Assembly (NCBI RefSeq): GCF_963921235.1
Contig: NC_086108.1
Coordinates: 73,658,001-73,722,000 of the forward strand
From: Mobula hypostoma
Lineage: Eukaryota
Length of the DNA: 64,000 nt
Reading direction: 5' to 3'
Made by a program: the position numbers and the translations under genes. Below, one piece after another: positions 42,537 to 55,539 of this stretch. Under the pieces are notes generated by a model. The model was not told the DNA's origin, searched no databases, and was given only the letters and a program-made list of their open reading frames with translations. Numbering within the stretch: position 1 is the stretch's first letter; the number at the start of each line of letters is the position of its first letter.

Positions 42537-44985
42537 ACAATAGTGACAATAGACAATAGGTACAGGAGTAGGACATTTGGCCCTTCGAGCCAGCACCACC
42601 ATTCACTGTGATCATGGCTGATCATCCACAATCATTACCCCATTCCTGCCTTCTCCCCATATCTCTTGACTCCATTATCATTAAGAGCTCTATCTAACTC
42701 TTTCTTGAAAGCATCCAGAGAATTGGCCTCCACTGCCTTCTGAGGCAGAGCATTCCACAGATCCACAACTCTCTGGGTGAAAAAGTTTTCCTCAACTCCA
42801 TTCTAAATGGCCTACCCCTTATTCTCAAATTGTGGCCTCTGGTTCTGGACTCCACTGACATCGGGAACATGTTTCCTGCCTCTAGTGTGTCCAATCCCTT
42901 AATAATCCTATATGTTTCAATCAGATTCCTTCTCATTCTTCTAAATTCCAGTGTATACAAGCTCAGTCGCTCCAATCTTTCAACATATGACAGTCCCACC
43001 ATCCCGGGAATTAACCCCGTGAACCTCCGCTGCACTTCCTCAATAGCAAGAATGTCCTTCCTCAAATTTGGAGACCAAAACTGTACACAATACTCCAGGT
43101 GTGGTCTCACCAGGGCCCTGTACAACTGCAGAAGGATCTCTTGCTCCTATACTCAACTCTCCTTGTTATGAAGGCCAGCATGCCATTAGCTTTCTTCAGT
43201 GCCTGCTGTACCTGCATGCTTACTTTCAGTGACTGATGAACAAGGACACCAAGATCATGTTGTACTTCCCCTTTTCCTAACTTGACACCATTCAAATAGT
43301 AATCTGCCTTCCTGTTCTTGCCACCAAAGTGGATAACCTCACATTTATCCACATTAAACTGCATCTGCCCACTCACCCAACCTGTCCAAGTCATCCTGCA
43401 TTATCTCAACATCCTCCGCACATTTCACACTGCCACCCAGCTTTGTGTCATCTGCAAATTTGCTAATGTTACTTTTAATCCCTTCATCTAAATCATTAAT
43501 ATACATTGTAAATAGCTGCGGTCCCAGCATCGAGCCTTGCAGTACCCCACTGATCACCTCCTGCCATTCCGAAAGGGACCCGTTAATCGTTAGTCTTTGT
43601 TTCCTGTCTGCCAACCAATTTTCTATCCATGTCAGTACCCTACCCCCCCAATACCATGTGTGCTCTAATTTTGCCCACTAATCTCCTATGTGGGACCTTA
43701 TCAAAGGCTTTCTGAAAGTCCAGGTACACTACATCCACTGGCTCTCCCTTGTCCATTTTCATAGTTAGATCCTCAAAAAATTCCAGAAGATTAGTCTAGC
43801 ATGATTTCCCCTTCGTAAATCCATGCTGACTCGGACCGATCCTGTTACTGCTATCCAAATGTGCCGCTATTTCATCCTTTATAATTGACTCCAGCATCTT
43901 CCCCACCACTGATGTCAGGCTAACTGCTCTATAATTCCCTGCTTTCTCTCTCCCTCCTTTCTTAAAAAGTGAGATAACATTAGCTACCCTCCAGTCCTCA
44001 GGAACTGATCCTGAATCTATAGAACATTGGAAAATAATTACCAATGCGTCCATGATTTCTAGAGCGACCTCCTTAAGTGCCCTGGGATGCAGACCATCAG
44101 GCCCTGGGGATTTATCAGCCTTCGGTCCCATCAGTCTATCCAACACCATTTTCTGCCTAATGTGAATCTCCTTCAGTTTCTCCATTACCCTAGGTCCTCC
44201 GGCTACTATTACATCTGGGAGATTGTTTGTATCTTCCCCAGTGAAGACAGATCCAAAGTACCTGTTCAACTCGTCTGCCATTTCCTTGTTCCCCATAATA
44301 AATTCACCCATTTCTGTCTTCAAGGGCCCAACTTTGGTCTTAACTAATTTTTTCCTCTTCACATACCTAAAGAAGCTTTTACTATCCTCCTTTATATTCT
44401 TGGCTAGCTTGCCTTCGTATCTCATCTTTTTGCCCCGTATTGCCTTTTTAGTTATCCTCTGTTGCTCTTTAAAAGTTTCCCAATCCTCTGGCTTCCTGCT
44501 CATCTTTGCTATGTTATACTTCTTCTCTTTTATATTTATACTATCCTTGACTTCCCTTGTCAGCCACGGTCGCCCCTTACTCCCCTTAGAATCTTTCTTC
44601 CTCTTTGGAATGCACTGATCCTCCACCCAGAAATTCCCAGAAATACCTGCCATTGTTGTTCCACTGTCATCCCTGCTAGGATATCTTTCCAGTCAACTTT
44701 GGCCAGCTCCTCCCTCATGGCTCCATAGTCTCCTTTGTTCAACTGCAATATTGACACTTCGATTTTCCCTTCTCCCTCTCAAATTGTAGTTTAAAACTTA
44801 ATCATATTATAGTCACTACCTCCTAATGGCTCCTTTACCTCGAGTTCCCTTATCAAATCCGGTTCATTACACAACACTAAATCCAGAATTGCCTTCTCCC
44901 TGGTAGGTTCCAGTACAAGCTGCTCTAAGAATCCATCTCGGAGGCAGTCCACAAACTCCCTTTCTTGGGGTCCAGTACCAACCTT
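42537..44985 (-). mobile_element. 5'-truncated CR1 (most of ORF2)
   Basis: 285-aa ORF with KSPGPDGLHP and QHGFTKGKSC; SKFADDTKLGG; (acaatag) tail. Confidence 0.93.
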
Positions 44986-44989
44986 CTTG

Positions 44990-45420
44990 CAACATACAGT
45001 AGAAGCTCCTGAATGGTCATGTCATGGCTCTGTCTGTCTAAGTAGACAATGGATGCGCCTGTTCCGGGGTGCAGACCTGGGAGATAAATATGGAGATCCT
45101 AGGCCGCCCAGACATCAAGATCCCCCTCTCGGCCTCGCGGATGTGGCCCAAAGGAATGCAAAGCAGTACATCTGGCATCAGCTTGGCTGCAGGAGCTGCC
45201 GGGAGGTGACATGATACGTCATCCAACCGTCTTAGGGGTGCCACTCTGGATTTGTGTAGGGTTTACTCCTTAGCCTTCTCTTCCCCCGAAGATACCCACA
45301 AAGCAGTGGGATCCGTAACCCTGGATAGGGGCCCATACTGGGTACTGTCAGCTGGAGCCAGCTGAGCCCGGGACTCGTGTAAGGCAGGGTCATCACGCCC
45401 TGTAGTAGTGACTTATGGAG
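44990..45420 (-). mobile_element. GC-rich repeat resembling the 5' region of a HERO-like non-LTR element
   Basis: Recalled similarity only (ggagtaaaccctac...cacctcccggcagctcctgcagccaagctg...gaggccgagagggggatcttga); sharp composition change from flanks. Confidence 0.4.
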
Positions 45421-45831
45421 CCACTACCCAAATAGTACTGACACAGTAAATACCAAGGGGACATTTTCTTGAGTGAGGGTGACTAGAATTACAGAGCATA
45501 GTTCCAGAATCGAGGTTTGCTCATTTTGACAGAGATGAGGAGAATGCTCTTTTCTCAGAGGATGATGGAATTTCAATTGTCTTAAATCCCAAAACATGGC
45601 AGAGATGGATTACTGAAAATATTCAAGATGGAGATTGATAAGGCATTTTAACTACAGAGGTGTATAGGGACATGGAAATATGGTTTTGAGGCCCAGGTTA
45701 GATCAGGCATGGTGTGATTGATATGGTGGAACAGGCCAATTGGCCCCCTTTAGGTGTTTATTTCTTAGGTTAGCATGGTTAATACTGAGGAAGTTAACCT
45801 ATCAATAAACACTTACTTCAATAGTGAGAAC

Positions 45832-46570
45832 GTTAAGAACATAGAACATAGAAATTTACAGCACATTACAGGCCCTTCGGCCCACAATGTTGTGCCGATG
45901 ATGTTCCAGAGACCAACTAGAATTTCCCTAGGGCATAGCCATCTATTTTTCTAAGCTCCATGTACCTATCTAAGTGGCTCTTAAAAGACCCTATTGTATC
46001 CGCTTCCACCACCACAGCTGGCCAGTGCATTCCACACATTCACCACTCTGTGTGAAAAACTTACCTCTGACATCCCCTCGGTACCTGTTTCCAAGCACCT
46101 TAAAACTATGCCCCCTCATGTTAGCCATTTCAGCTCTGGGAAAAAACCTCTGGCTATCTACTCGATCAATGCCCCTCCTCACCTTATACAGTACACCTCT
46201 ATCAGGTCACCTCTCAATCTCCGTTGCTTCAAGGAGAAAAGGCCAAGTACACTCAATCTATTCTCATAAGGTATAACCTCCAATCCAGGCAACATCCTTG
46301 TAAATCTCCTCAGCACTCTCTCTATAGAATCCACATCCTTCCTGTAGTGAGGTGACCAGAACTGCACACAGTACTCCAACTGGGTCTGACACGGACCCCA
46401 AGATCTCACAGATCCTCACACTATCAAAAGTCTTAACATTTATATTATATTCTGTCTTCAAATTGGACCTACCAAAATGAACCACTTTACACTTATCTGG
46501 GTTGAAGTCCATCTGCCACTTCTCAGTCCAGTTCTGCACCCTATCGGTCCCACTGTAACCTCTGACAACC
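45832..46570 (-). mobile_element. CR1 3' fragment
   Basis: [15 protein letters not shown]; (agaacat) tail. Confidence 0.9.
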
Positions 46571-47941
46571 TTTGTTTTGAAAACTTTCAACGATGTCTTC
46601 TGTGAACCCAGTCATCCCCAATAAGTAATTAGCCATTTTTTCACCAAACTGATCAACATCAATGAAATTCTACTGTAACTAACTATAGCTCTAAATTTTA
46701 GTATTTTTGATGTTACAAGCAAAATACATTGAGATATATGAATATTTCACTTCAGAATACAAGTTAAAATAAAAGTATCTGTCAAGAAAAATTATATAGA
46801 GCAATCCAAAGAGATTTAGACAGAATTTCAAAGAAAATCACAAGTATAAGCACTTGCCCATTCTGTGGAACCAATTACCTGGAATAACATTAATGGAAAG
46901 TGTATTGATATAAGTTTGCATACCAATCTATTTTAAATCAGACATACCAATCTTTGTTAAGATTTGGAACTTACATAAACACTTGAAAGACAGAAATCCC
47001 CTTTTCTGCACATACAATAAGTTCCATCTGTCATTTGCTAAGAATACATTGTGTAAACAATCAATAATTTTCAAAGAAATTTGCTTGTTGAAATAACAAT
47101 GTGATCTGTGATCAGACATCAGACAGAAAATATACCAGACATAACCAAGGTCCTATTCTGCACAGCAAGCACATTGTGACTCGGAATGAGTTGCTAAGCA
47201 AGAAAAAGAAATTTACAGAACATATCTGATGAGAAATAATTTGATCCAATTTCATGGGCAGTGTGGAGAAATCGCAATAACAATAGATCACTTGATCCAG
47301 CCAGATGCTAAGTGTGTCCATTGGCTTAGCCTTGCAGGATTCATTGATGGCAGGCGATTCAGAAGATTGATTTAATATCTATTTCCACAAATAGGACCAA
47401 TAAGATAATTCATTAAACATCAAAACAATAATTAAGTCATGGTTACTTTAAGCAAGAATAATCAAGCTAAGTTTCATGCCTTCCCACTGCAGTCAAATGT
47501 TAAATGATATTCACAGCCAAATGGCCAGAATTCTGAAATCATAATGATACTGAAATGAACAATGCTTGTTATTATTGCACAGGAAAGGTGGCATAAAATT
47601 TAAGATTTCCATGCCTGCATAGATTAAACCTAAATGCAAAACATCCGTCAATGATTCACAGTTTAAGCTGTTGATCTTCTTTATTCAAATCAGTTAAAAT
47701 TGTGCTGAATTTCCGGCACTTATGAACGATCCCAAAATGAGGATTTACAGCATGGACAGCTTGAACCAAAAGGATTACTTCTGTCCTGTGAGACTCTAAA
47801 ACACCACTATAGTTAAGGGAAACAGGGAATTATGGAAAATAATATTTTGACAACAGGATCCTCTAGTGGAGGCATAAATAAGAACAAGTTTTTAAAAAAT
47901 TACACTTAAACTCAAACAATTTCCTCAAACAAGCAACTTAC

Positions 47942-48150
47942 CTTCAACATATTCAATCACCATACAAAGATGTCGTTTTGTCTCAAAAGAGCAGAACATG
48001 CTTACAACAAAAGGGTTTTCTGCAAAGGTCAGGATATCTCTTTCAACAAATGCTTGTTGGATTTGGTTCCGTAGAATGAGATTCTGCTTGTTAATTTTCT
48101 TCATAGCAAACCTTTGTCGTGTTTCCTTATGTCTCACAAGATGGACCGCT
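47942..48150 (-). CDS. MAST2: MAST2 exon, kinase N-lobe ([29 protein letters not shown]...IEYVE)
   Basis: ttatag|A acceptor, G|gtaagt donor, 209 nt; catalytic Lys in AMKK. Confidence 0.96.
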
Positions 48151-48423
48151 CTATAAGATATGTGTACATTGTACCAATTACTTACTCTTGCAACAAGAGG
48201 AGCAGAACAACAATTCTATTATCAGAAGCAACAGCAGTTAGCAAAGGAAGACTAGTAAAATGGTAATGTTCTTTAAAGGTTAGCACGTTACCTAGGATTG
48301 CGATAAGCATAGGACAGTTAATTATTTAATCAAAGATTGACATTTTCATTAAATTAGTTAACTGTTCAGTAGATGTAATGAATGACTTAAATAATCTTGA
48401 ATAAGCAGCATATTTGAATCAGT

Positions 48424-48627
48424 AACACACAACAAAGTTGCTGGTGAGTGCAGCAGGCCAGGCAGCATCTCTAGGAAAAGGTAGAGTCGACATTTCCAGC
48501 CGAGACCCTTCGTCAGGACTAACCGAAAGAAGAGCTGGTAAGAGATCTGAAAGTGGGAGGGGGAGGGGGAATCCAAAATGATAGGAGAAGACAGGAAGGG
48601 CCCCCTCCTGTCTTCTCCTATCATTTT
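48424..48627 (-). mobile_element. short PLE terminus with hammerhead-like core and fold-back end
   Basis: Minus strand AGTC-CTGACGA-AGGGTCTCGGCTG-GAAA-TGTC-GACT; 22-bp inverted repeat at 48575-48627. Confidence 0.8.
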
Positions 48628-49307
48628 AATGAGGCATATATATGATCTTCCACCAACCATACTTGCCGGAAGCCATCATCAAAAGAGGGACAGAAATGTA
48701 TGCATTTAAATGTTTTGGGTGTTTCATTTTGTATACCCTCATTAAAAATGCTTTTGTTTACTGCAGAACCCAAAGCAAAACTTTTTTTTTTACTGTTGCA
48801 GATTGTTAAGCATACTGTATCTAAATGATGGCCAACTCAATTGAAACTTTAATTTTCATCCTCAGTGAATACAAGGTAAAAAATCCCTTGGTCCCTAAGA
48901 GATTATGTTGGTTTGTATAGATTTGTGTCTATTTTATGGTTATGTGTATTCTTTTCAGATTGTGGAATGACAATAGACACATTTTAGTTCCATCATCTGG
49001 GCTGGGCTCCATAGGGGATTCACTAGATACAAAACCTACTGTGATTTCACAGAGGATAGTTCAAAGTCTTGAGTGTTGGTGTTAGTCTCCTATAGCTTTT
49101 GCTATTTATGTTCATATTTTTGAAGTTGCAGTCACCTGGGAAGAGTAAAGGGGAACCTTCACTTTAACTGCATTGCCTTACTGTTCAAGTCGGAGTCCTC
49201 TGACAATGTGATAAGTACTCACCAATCAGGAGTAAGTCTTTATTTTATAAACAATGGAAAGAGAGAATGGATCACCAAACTTTCTGTTAAAGAATGAAAT
49301 TCTTTAC

Positions 49308-49393
49308 CCATAGGCTCCATTGCTAATCAGCTTTAGGTTTTCAAAGTCTTCCTCGCATGGGGTTTTCTTTGTGTTAAATGTAGCACCACGACC
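49308..49393 (-). CDS. MAST2: MAST2 exon, kinase start with Gly loop (GRGATFNTKKTPCEEDFENLKLISNGAYG)
   Basis: ttcag|GGT acceptor, GG|gtaaag donor, 86 nt. Confidence 0.95.
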
Positions 49394-51896
49394 CTGAAAT
49401 CAATCACAATTAAACAAATCTGATATTCCGTCATCAGTTAACTATGTGTATTATGAAGGCACTGTATTCAGAAAAATGTGTTCAATATGTTTTACATAAA
49501 TAAAAGATGAGGCTATTAAAGACAAAGTAACAAAGTCAAGTGTAAAGTAATGAGTATTTTTGAGAGATAAATGGTGCAAAAGATTAGTGGTGGTTTACTG
49601 AGAAATGTAAGTTCTGAAAACATTATCAACTCTCTTGCAGTATGTATAATTTTCCTCTGCAACTGAAAACTCTGCTGATGATGTCACAGACCGGATCTTA
49701 TTTTAGTAACTTTACACTGCATGTCACAAAATAATAGCCATTTTCCTGGAGGCGTCCTTGTTTTTCCTCCCTTAAATACAAGGGACCTTGACTTTAATGC
49801 GGATGTTAATAACTGCCTAAGGAAAACCATTGATCTGGCTGGACCACAAAACACAATCAGGCTGTACTCTTCCGCAATCAGACTGCTTAGAATTCCAGGA
49901 TCATTCTTGCTTCCTTAATTCCTGCGAAGCACCTTCCCAAACCCTTCTCCCTTGCCTTATTCATTCCTATGTGTACATGCAAAGAACACAAACTTTTCAC
50001 CAAAATTGAGACAATCCATTTACTTGCCTCTGGCATTCTCCTCCCTCCTTTACCACTGGGATGAAATGTTCTCTAGGATCTCACTCATTTTATCCATCAG
50101 TGCGTATCATTGAATGCAGTCTCCCAATGATCATCATGTTTATGAGAACTAATACCTTTTCATTTACCCTACTCCTTTTATAACAACCATCCTCATTACT
50201 TTCCCGAGCACAACTTTTTTTGGATAAAATTAATAGTTCCTTCTCCCGTTACTACCCCTTTACCTTCAAATCAACATCATCACCACTTTAAACAATAAAA
50301 ACCTTTTGATTCCCTCTTTCTTGCAAAAAAAATCCCTTCCATTTTCAATCACACTCTCTTTTCCATACTCCACAATTGAACGTTCTCTCACCTCCTAAAT
50401 CCATGCCTATCTTCCCATGTTTGAATTTCTTAAGTTTCCAACCTTCCACATTGCAAAAATGGTTACTTTCCACACAGTTCACAAATTAAATCCTATATAA
50501 ATGCAGTTAAGTAACTGAACCTCATTATCCTTCTTACCCTGTCTAAGGTATAGCCCATAATGTTCATCCATCATTATGCAGTTGAAAAAGACTCCACTCA
50601 CTAAGGTCTATTCTTATCAATCATCATGGACAGTGAACAATATGCAAAGGGTTTCTCTTGCTGCTACTACACTATTCCAAATCATATTTTTAGGCCCCTC
50701 CTATCCTGCCAGCTTTGGTGAGGTCAACTGAAAATGAAGTGACATGCGGATAATACCCACATCTACATTACTAAAGACTCTCACCCATTTTCTAATTCTA
50801 AATTACCAGATTCCAAGTCTGATATATAGTACTGGGGAAGCAGAATTTTTCTGACTAAATTATTGTGATAGTTGAGGTCACTGTCTTCTGTCCCCACCAC
50901 AATCTCTGCTCTCTCGCCACTGATGTCGTTCCTCTCCTTGGTAACATAGTTGACCTGAAGATAAGCTTCCATCCACATATTTGTCCCATAATAATTTTTA
51001 CCTCAGTACGATTGTCCTATTACCTTCTCCACCTACTGCAGCCAATCTGCTTTTGAAATGATTAGTTATCTAAAGTCTGAACTACTTTAATATAATCTTG
51101 GACAACCAATTTAGCTCACTGGTAACCTATTTATTTAAAACTGGCAACACTATAACCAGCTCATAAAGTTCTGTTCATTTAGAATCAAAAACAGGTTTAT
51201 TATCATTGACTTCTTTGACATAAATTTTATTGATTCGTGGCAATTGAGTACAAAGACATAAAAATAACTAACACTTACAAAATTAATAAATAGTGCTAAA
51301 TAAGAGATTAACAAGGTGGTGTTCATGGGTTCATGGACTGTTCTGAAATCTGATGGCTGAGGTGGGGGAAAGCTAAAACATTGAGCATTGTGTTCAAGGC
51401 TCTTGTACCTTCTCCTCAATGGGAGTAATAAGAAGAAAGCATATCTCAGATGGTGAGGGTCATAGAAATGAGTGTTCTTTAGCCCTGAGCTTCATATTAG
51501 TTTTTAGTTAAATTCATATCCTTGCTTTCATCCATGAACTCACTCTAACAACCTCATTTAGCCGTACAATGTTCCAAGTTATCTGCTCTCATTCAAACTT
51601 ACCCGTCCGTGTCATTCTGCTTTTAAGTTCTACATATTTAGTGATGGTGTCTTTCATTACTGATACTTTAATGTTACAGTAAGGAGCATAATTATAAGTG
51701 CTAGGTTATAAGTTACATATAAAGAGAAAATATATAATAACAGCTAAAGGGTTCAACATTCTTTGCAGTGAAAGCCATTGTAAAAAAAAATACATAACAT
51801 GCTACCGGGTACGTTAATTTAACTTGGGGAAACCGTTTGCCACCTTATATTTGGAAGTAAAATAGTGTACTCTTTGGTTTGATCAACAATACTCAC

Positions 51897-51964
51897 TTCT
51901 AGAGAATCATCAGTTTCTGGGGGCTCTGTACTGCCACTGTCATAGCTGGTTAACTGGGCCATTT
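51897..51964 (-). CDS. MAST2: MAST2 exon (EMAQLTSYDSGSTEPPETDDSLE)
   Basis: accag|AA acceptor, GAA|gtgagt donor, 68 nt, phase 1 to 0; absent from the ORF track. Confidence 0.92.
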
Positions 51965-52315
51965 CTGGTCAAAACAGAACAAGTACCAAGTAATGTTTGC
52001 ATCACGAAAAGACAGGAAGAGTATAAGTGGCACATTTTGAAATCTTAAGATTCAACAGGAGGATGTACAAAGTTAAGTTAATTAAAAACAATTATGGAAT
52101 GAACTCTGATTTGTAGTTGCAAATCTATAGCATACATAACCATCTTTTATTTCAGGAAAGTGAAAATTTGGAAGTCGCTTCAGCGAACGTCAAATAATGC
52201 CATGTAAATTGGTAAATTAAAATCTGAGATTGACAGATTAAGAGATATAGAACAATTTAAGTGGATTTATTAAATTAGGTCACAGACTGTCTATAATCTT
52301 ACTGAACACTTGTAG

Positions 52316-52424
52316 AATACACCTTCTGGTGCTACTTGGACACATCTTCAGTGATGAACCCGGGGTCATAGGGTGTTTCGGGTCCTTAATCATCAGACAA
52401 CCTCGACCAGGCGACTGAACAGCC
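52316..52424 (-). mobile_element. short repeat resembling a HERO-like non-LTR element 3' UTR
   Basis: Recalled similarity: gtcgcctgg..gagg.tgtctgatg...gacccgaaacaccc.atgacccc.gg.tcatcactga.gatgtgtcc. Confidence 0.45.
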
Positions 52425-52595
52425 TAGTTTATCCGTATGATCCTGGACTCGATCGGCCAAATGGCCTAATTCTGCTCATATATCTTGTAGTCTTACTTAA
52501 TTCAATCATTACAATTTGCTCTTTCATACTTAAAGTACATGAACTCAGTACTCCAAGATCATTATTTGTACCAACAATCTAAGAATTCGCTTGTA

Positions 52596-54189
52596 CAGGT
52601 GTCCCCCGCTTTTCGAACGTTCACTTTATGAAACCTCACTGTTACGAAAGACCTACATTAGTACCCTATTTTTGCTTTCAGAAGGTGTTTTCACTGTTAC
52701 GAAAAAAATTCAGCGTGCGATAAAAAATCAGCGCGCAAAAAAATCAGCCGTGATAAAAGGCAGAGCGCGCCCCGAGCAGCCGCTGTCCCCCAGATTCTCG
52801 CCAGCATTGCTTAAACACGAGCCTGTGAGCAGCCGTTTGCAAGATGAGTTCTATGGTATCGGAAAAGCCTGAAAGAGCTCGTAAGGGTGTTACACTTAGC
52901 GTAAAACTAGACATAATTAAGCGTTTTGATCGTGGTGAACGAAGTAAGGACAACATGAGTTTGGTTTGTGGAAGTTGACGAAGATGATGTTGAAGAGGTT
53001 TTGGAATCCCATCACCAAGAACTGACAGATGAAGAGATGATGCAATTGGAAGAAAAAAGGATAACAATCGAAACCGAATGAGTAATGATAAAGTACGACT
53101 TTAATTTTGAAAGGGTACGTCAGTTTAGGGGATATTTGCAGGATGGTTTGAGTCCTTATTAAAGAACTGTGTGATAGAAAAATACGCGAGGCTCAGCAGT
53201 CAAGCAAGCCTTCCACATCAGCCACAGCAGACGACGAACCTCCTTTCGACATCGAGGCGGGCAGTCATAGGAGAAGATGAGCTGCCTGCTCTAATGGAAA
53301 CAGGCAACGAGATGACACCCCAGTGTCCCACCACCCCAACCCCCAGGCCACGGACAGATACCGATTCGCGGCGAATGCAAAGGTAGCCGGGAGGCACACA
53401 GCACATCTTTAAGAAAAAAGCTGAAATAAATATGCTAATTAATTAGGTGCCACTGACACGTAATTGTCGGCCCAGATCAGAGACGACGCAATCTGAAATC
53501 GGCACTGATCTGGGCCAACAATTACGGGCGGCACCTAATTAATTAGCATGTTTGTTTCGGCTTTTTTCTTAAAGATGCGCTGTGTACCTCCCGGCTACCA
53601 CTGGACCCCTGCGTTCTTCGCGGCAATGTATCGTTCAGCGGCCTGGAGGGTAGGGGCCACTGCATCACCCAAACTCCGACGACTCAGTCTGACACCGTCA
53701 TCCATGTGCTCGGCAAGCTATCTTCCCAATTCCCGTAAGTGATACTACACTGTACATACATTATTTCCACTTTATATCGGCTGTGTATTTTTACGTGTTA
53801 TTTGGTATGATTTGGCAGCTTCATAGCTTAAAGGTTACTGGAGAGCGCTTGCGCGTGTTTTTGCCAACAGCGCTTGCGTGAGATTTTCTGCCGACAGTGC
53901 TTGCGTGAGATTTTCACTCCGGAGAACAGTTCAGCAATGATTGTGGAAAAGTATTTCTACTTTATATAGGCTGTGTATTTATCATATCGTTCCTGCTTTT
54001 ACTATATGTTACTGTTATTTTAGGTTTTATGTGTTATTTGGCAGGATTTGGTGGGTTATTTTTGGGTCTGCGAACGCTCACAAAATTTTCCCATATAAAT
54101 AAATGGCAATTGCTTCTTTGCTTTACGACATTTTGGCTTACGAACTGCTTCATAGGAATGCTCTACCTTCGGATGGCGGGGGAAACCTG
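52596..54189 (+). mobile_element. Tigger/pogo non-autonomous DNA transposon
   Basis: TA|CAGGTGTCCCCCGC ... GCGGGGGAAACCTG|TA termini; N-terminal HTH remnant MVSEKPERARKGVTLSVKLDIIKRFDRGE; long internal palindrome. Confidence 0.88.
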
Positions 54190-54232
54190 TACTGAGCAAG
54201 CCATTCTACCCTTTTCAGTAAGATGTACTTAC

Positions 54233-54365
54233 CCTCCAAGGGATCTCTGGTGAGCCCCAGCTGACTGATAATATAGCGTGGGATATCAGATTTGATTCCT
54301 TGTCCTTCTTTAGCATGGCCTTCAGCTGCTTCCAATAAATGATAAAATTCTTCAGGATCAAACTC
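54233..54365 (-). CDS. MAST2: MAST2 exon, end of DUF1908 region ([44 protein letters not shown])
   Basis: ttctag|GAG acceptor, G|gtaagt donor, 133 nt, phase 0 to 1. Confidence 0.95.
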
Positions 54366-54869
54366 CTAGAAAACAAAAAAAAGTTTGTTTCAGTTGGAAG
54401 AAAACTATAAACTCATTTTATCTTCTACCTTTTCACAAACTTTCCTGGGCAATGAAGCCCAAAGAGCATTTGAGACGTCATTCTATTTGATACAGAGCTT
54501 AGAAGAACAGAAAAAAAAATCAAGAATACAAAGCATGAACTTGCAACAATTTGGAAGCATATATTGCGGAAGCAAATGGTTTGTATTTATTTACCACATT
54601 TCCTCTGTTATTATTAATGATATCTTTAACATGCATTCTATTCCTACTGAAAATATTGAGTGCTTAAGAAAAAAATACTTATCTAGAACTGAATTTCAAA
54701 TGTAATTTTGTCCAGAAGATCCAGAAGTTACACCTTAACCATAATAGTGGGACCAACATCCTTCCTGGGAGGTTTGACAGCACTGTTGGAAAACTTTCAA
54801 CTGAGTTGGTAGGAGAGGGCAGCTCATTTTTCATTCCCCAGATGCTTATGTTCTAACATTAGAAAACCA

Positions 54870-55412
54870 TAGTCAGAAGTCACCTGGAGTAGTGTGTGCA
54901 TTTCTGGTCACCTCACTACAGGAAAAATATGCTAATGATGGACAAGATTCAGAAGATTCACCAGCTTGTTGTCTGGCATGAAGCAGTTCAATTGTGAGGA
55001 GAGACAGGAGAAGCTAGGTCTTTTCCCCTGGAGCAGAGGAGGTTAACAAGAAGCATACTGAAATATTTAAAACTCTGACATATGGATAGGGTAGACTGCA
55101 GTAAACTTTTTCTTAAATCAGAGGCAGATAAAACTAGAGGACAAGGATTTAGAGCAAGGGGGAAGAGATTTAGAGGGGATAGAGGAGGTAGTCAGAGAGC
55201 AGCAAGTTCCTGGAAAGCACTGAGTGAGAGAATGGTTAAAGCTGAGTTAAAAGCAGGCAGCATTTAAGAATGCCCAGATGAACACCTAGGGTGCCTCAAC
55301 ATAGAAGGCTACGGCTTCTATAATACTGGGTGATGGCAAATGGAAGGATGTTCACAAGTTGGCATGGACGAATTGGGCTGAATGAGCCATTGCACTCTTT
55401 ATGATTCTATGA
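54870..55412 (+). mobile_element. old CR1 3' end
   Basis: [17 protein letters not shown] and TRGQGFR motifs; (attctatg) tail. Confidence 0.75.
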
Positions 55413-55539
55413 CTCTTAAGTGTTAAGAAGAATATCAGATATCAAAGGAACCAAACTGGAATCTCACAATAAACATAGCCCAACAGGACCTGAAAAAAAT
55501 ACAAATGTATCTCATTGATAATGAGCTGTCAAAATGGGG

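Noticed and set aside
43796..44653. 285-aa ORF as a host gene
   Set aside because: It is a CR1 ORF2 segment. Most other track ORFs are likewise transposon fragments or their antisense frames.
52365..52400. Minus-strand CTGATGA...CGAAAC as a hammerhead
   Set aside because: The intervening TTAAGGACCC cannot form stem II, and no stem I is evident.
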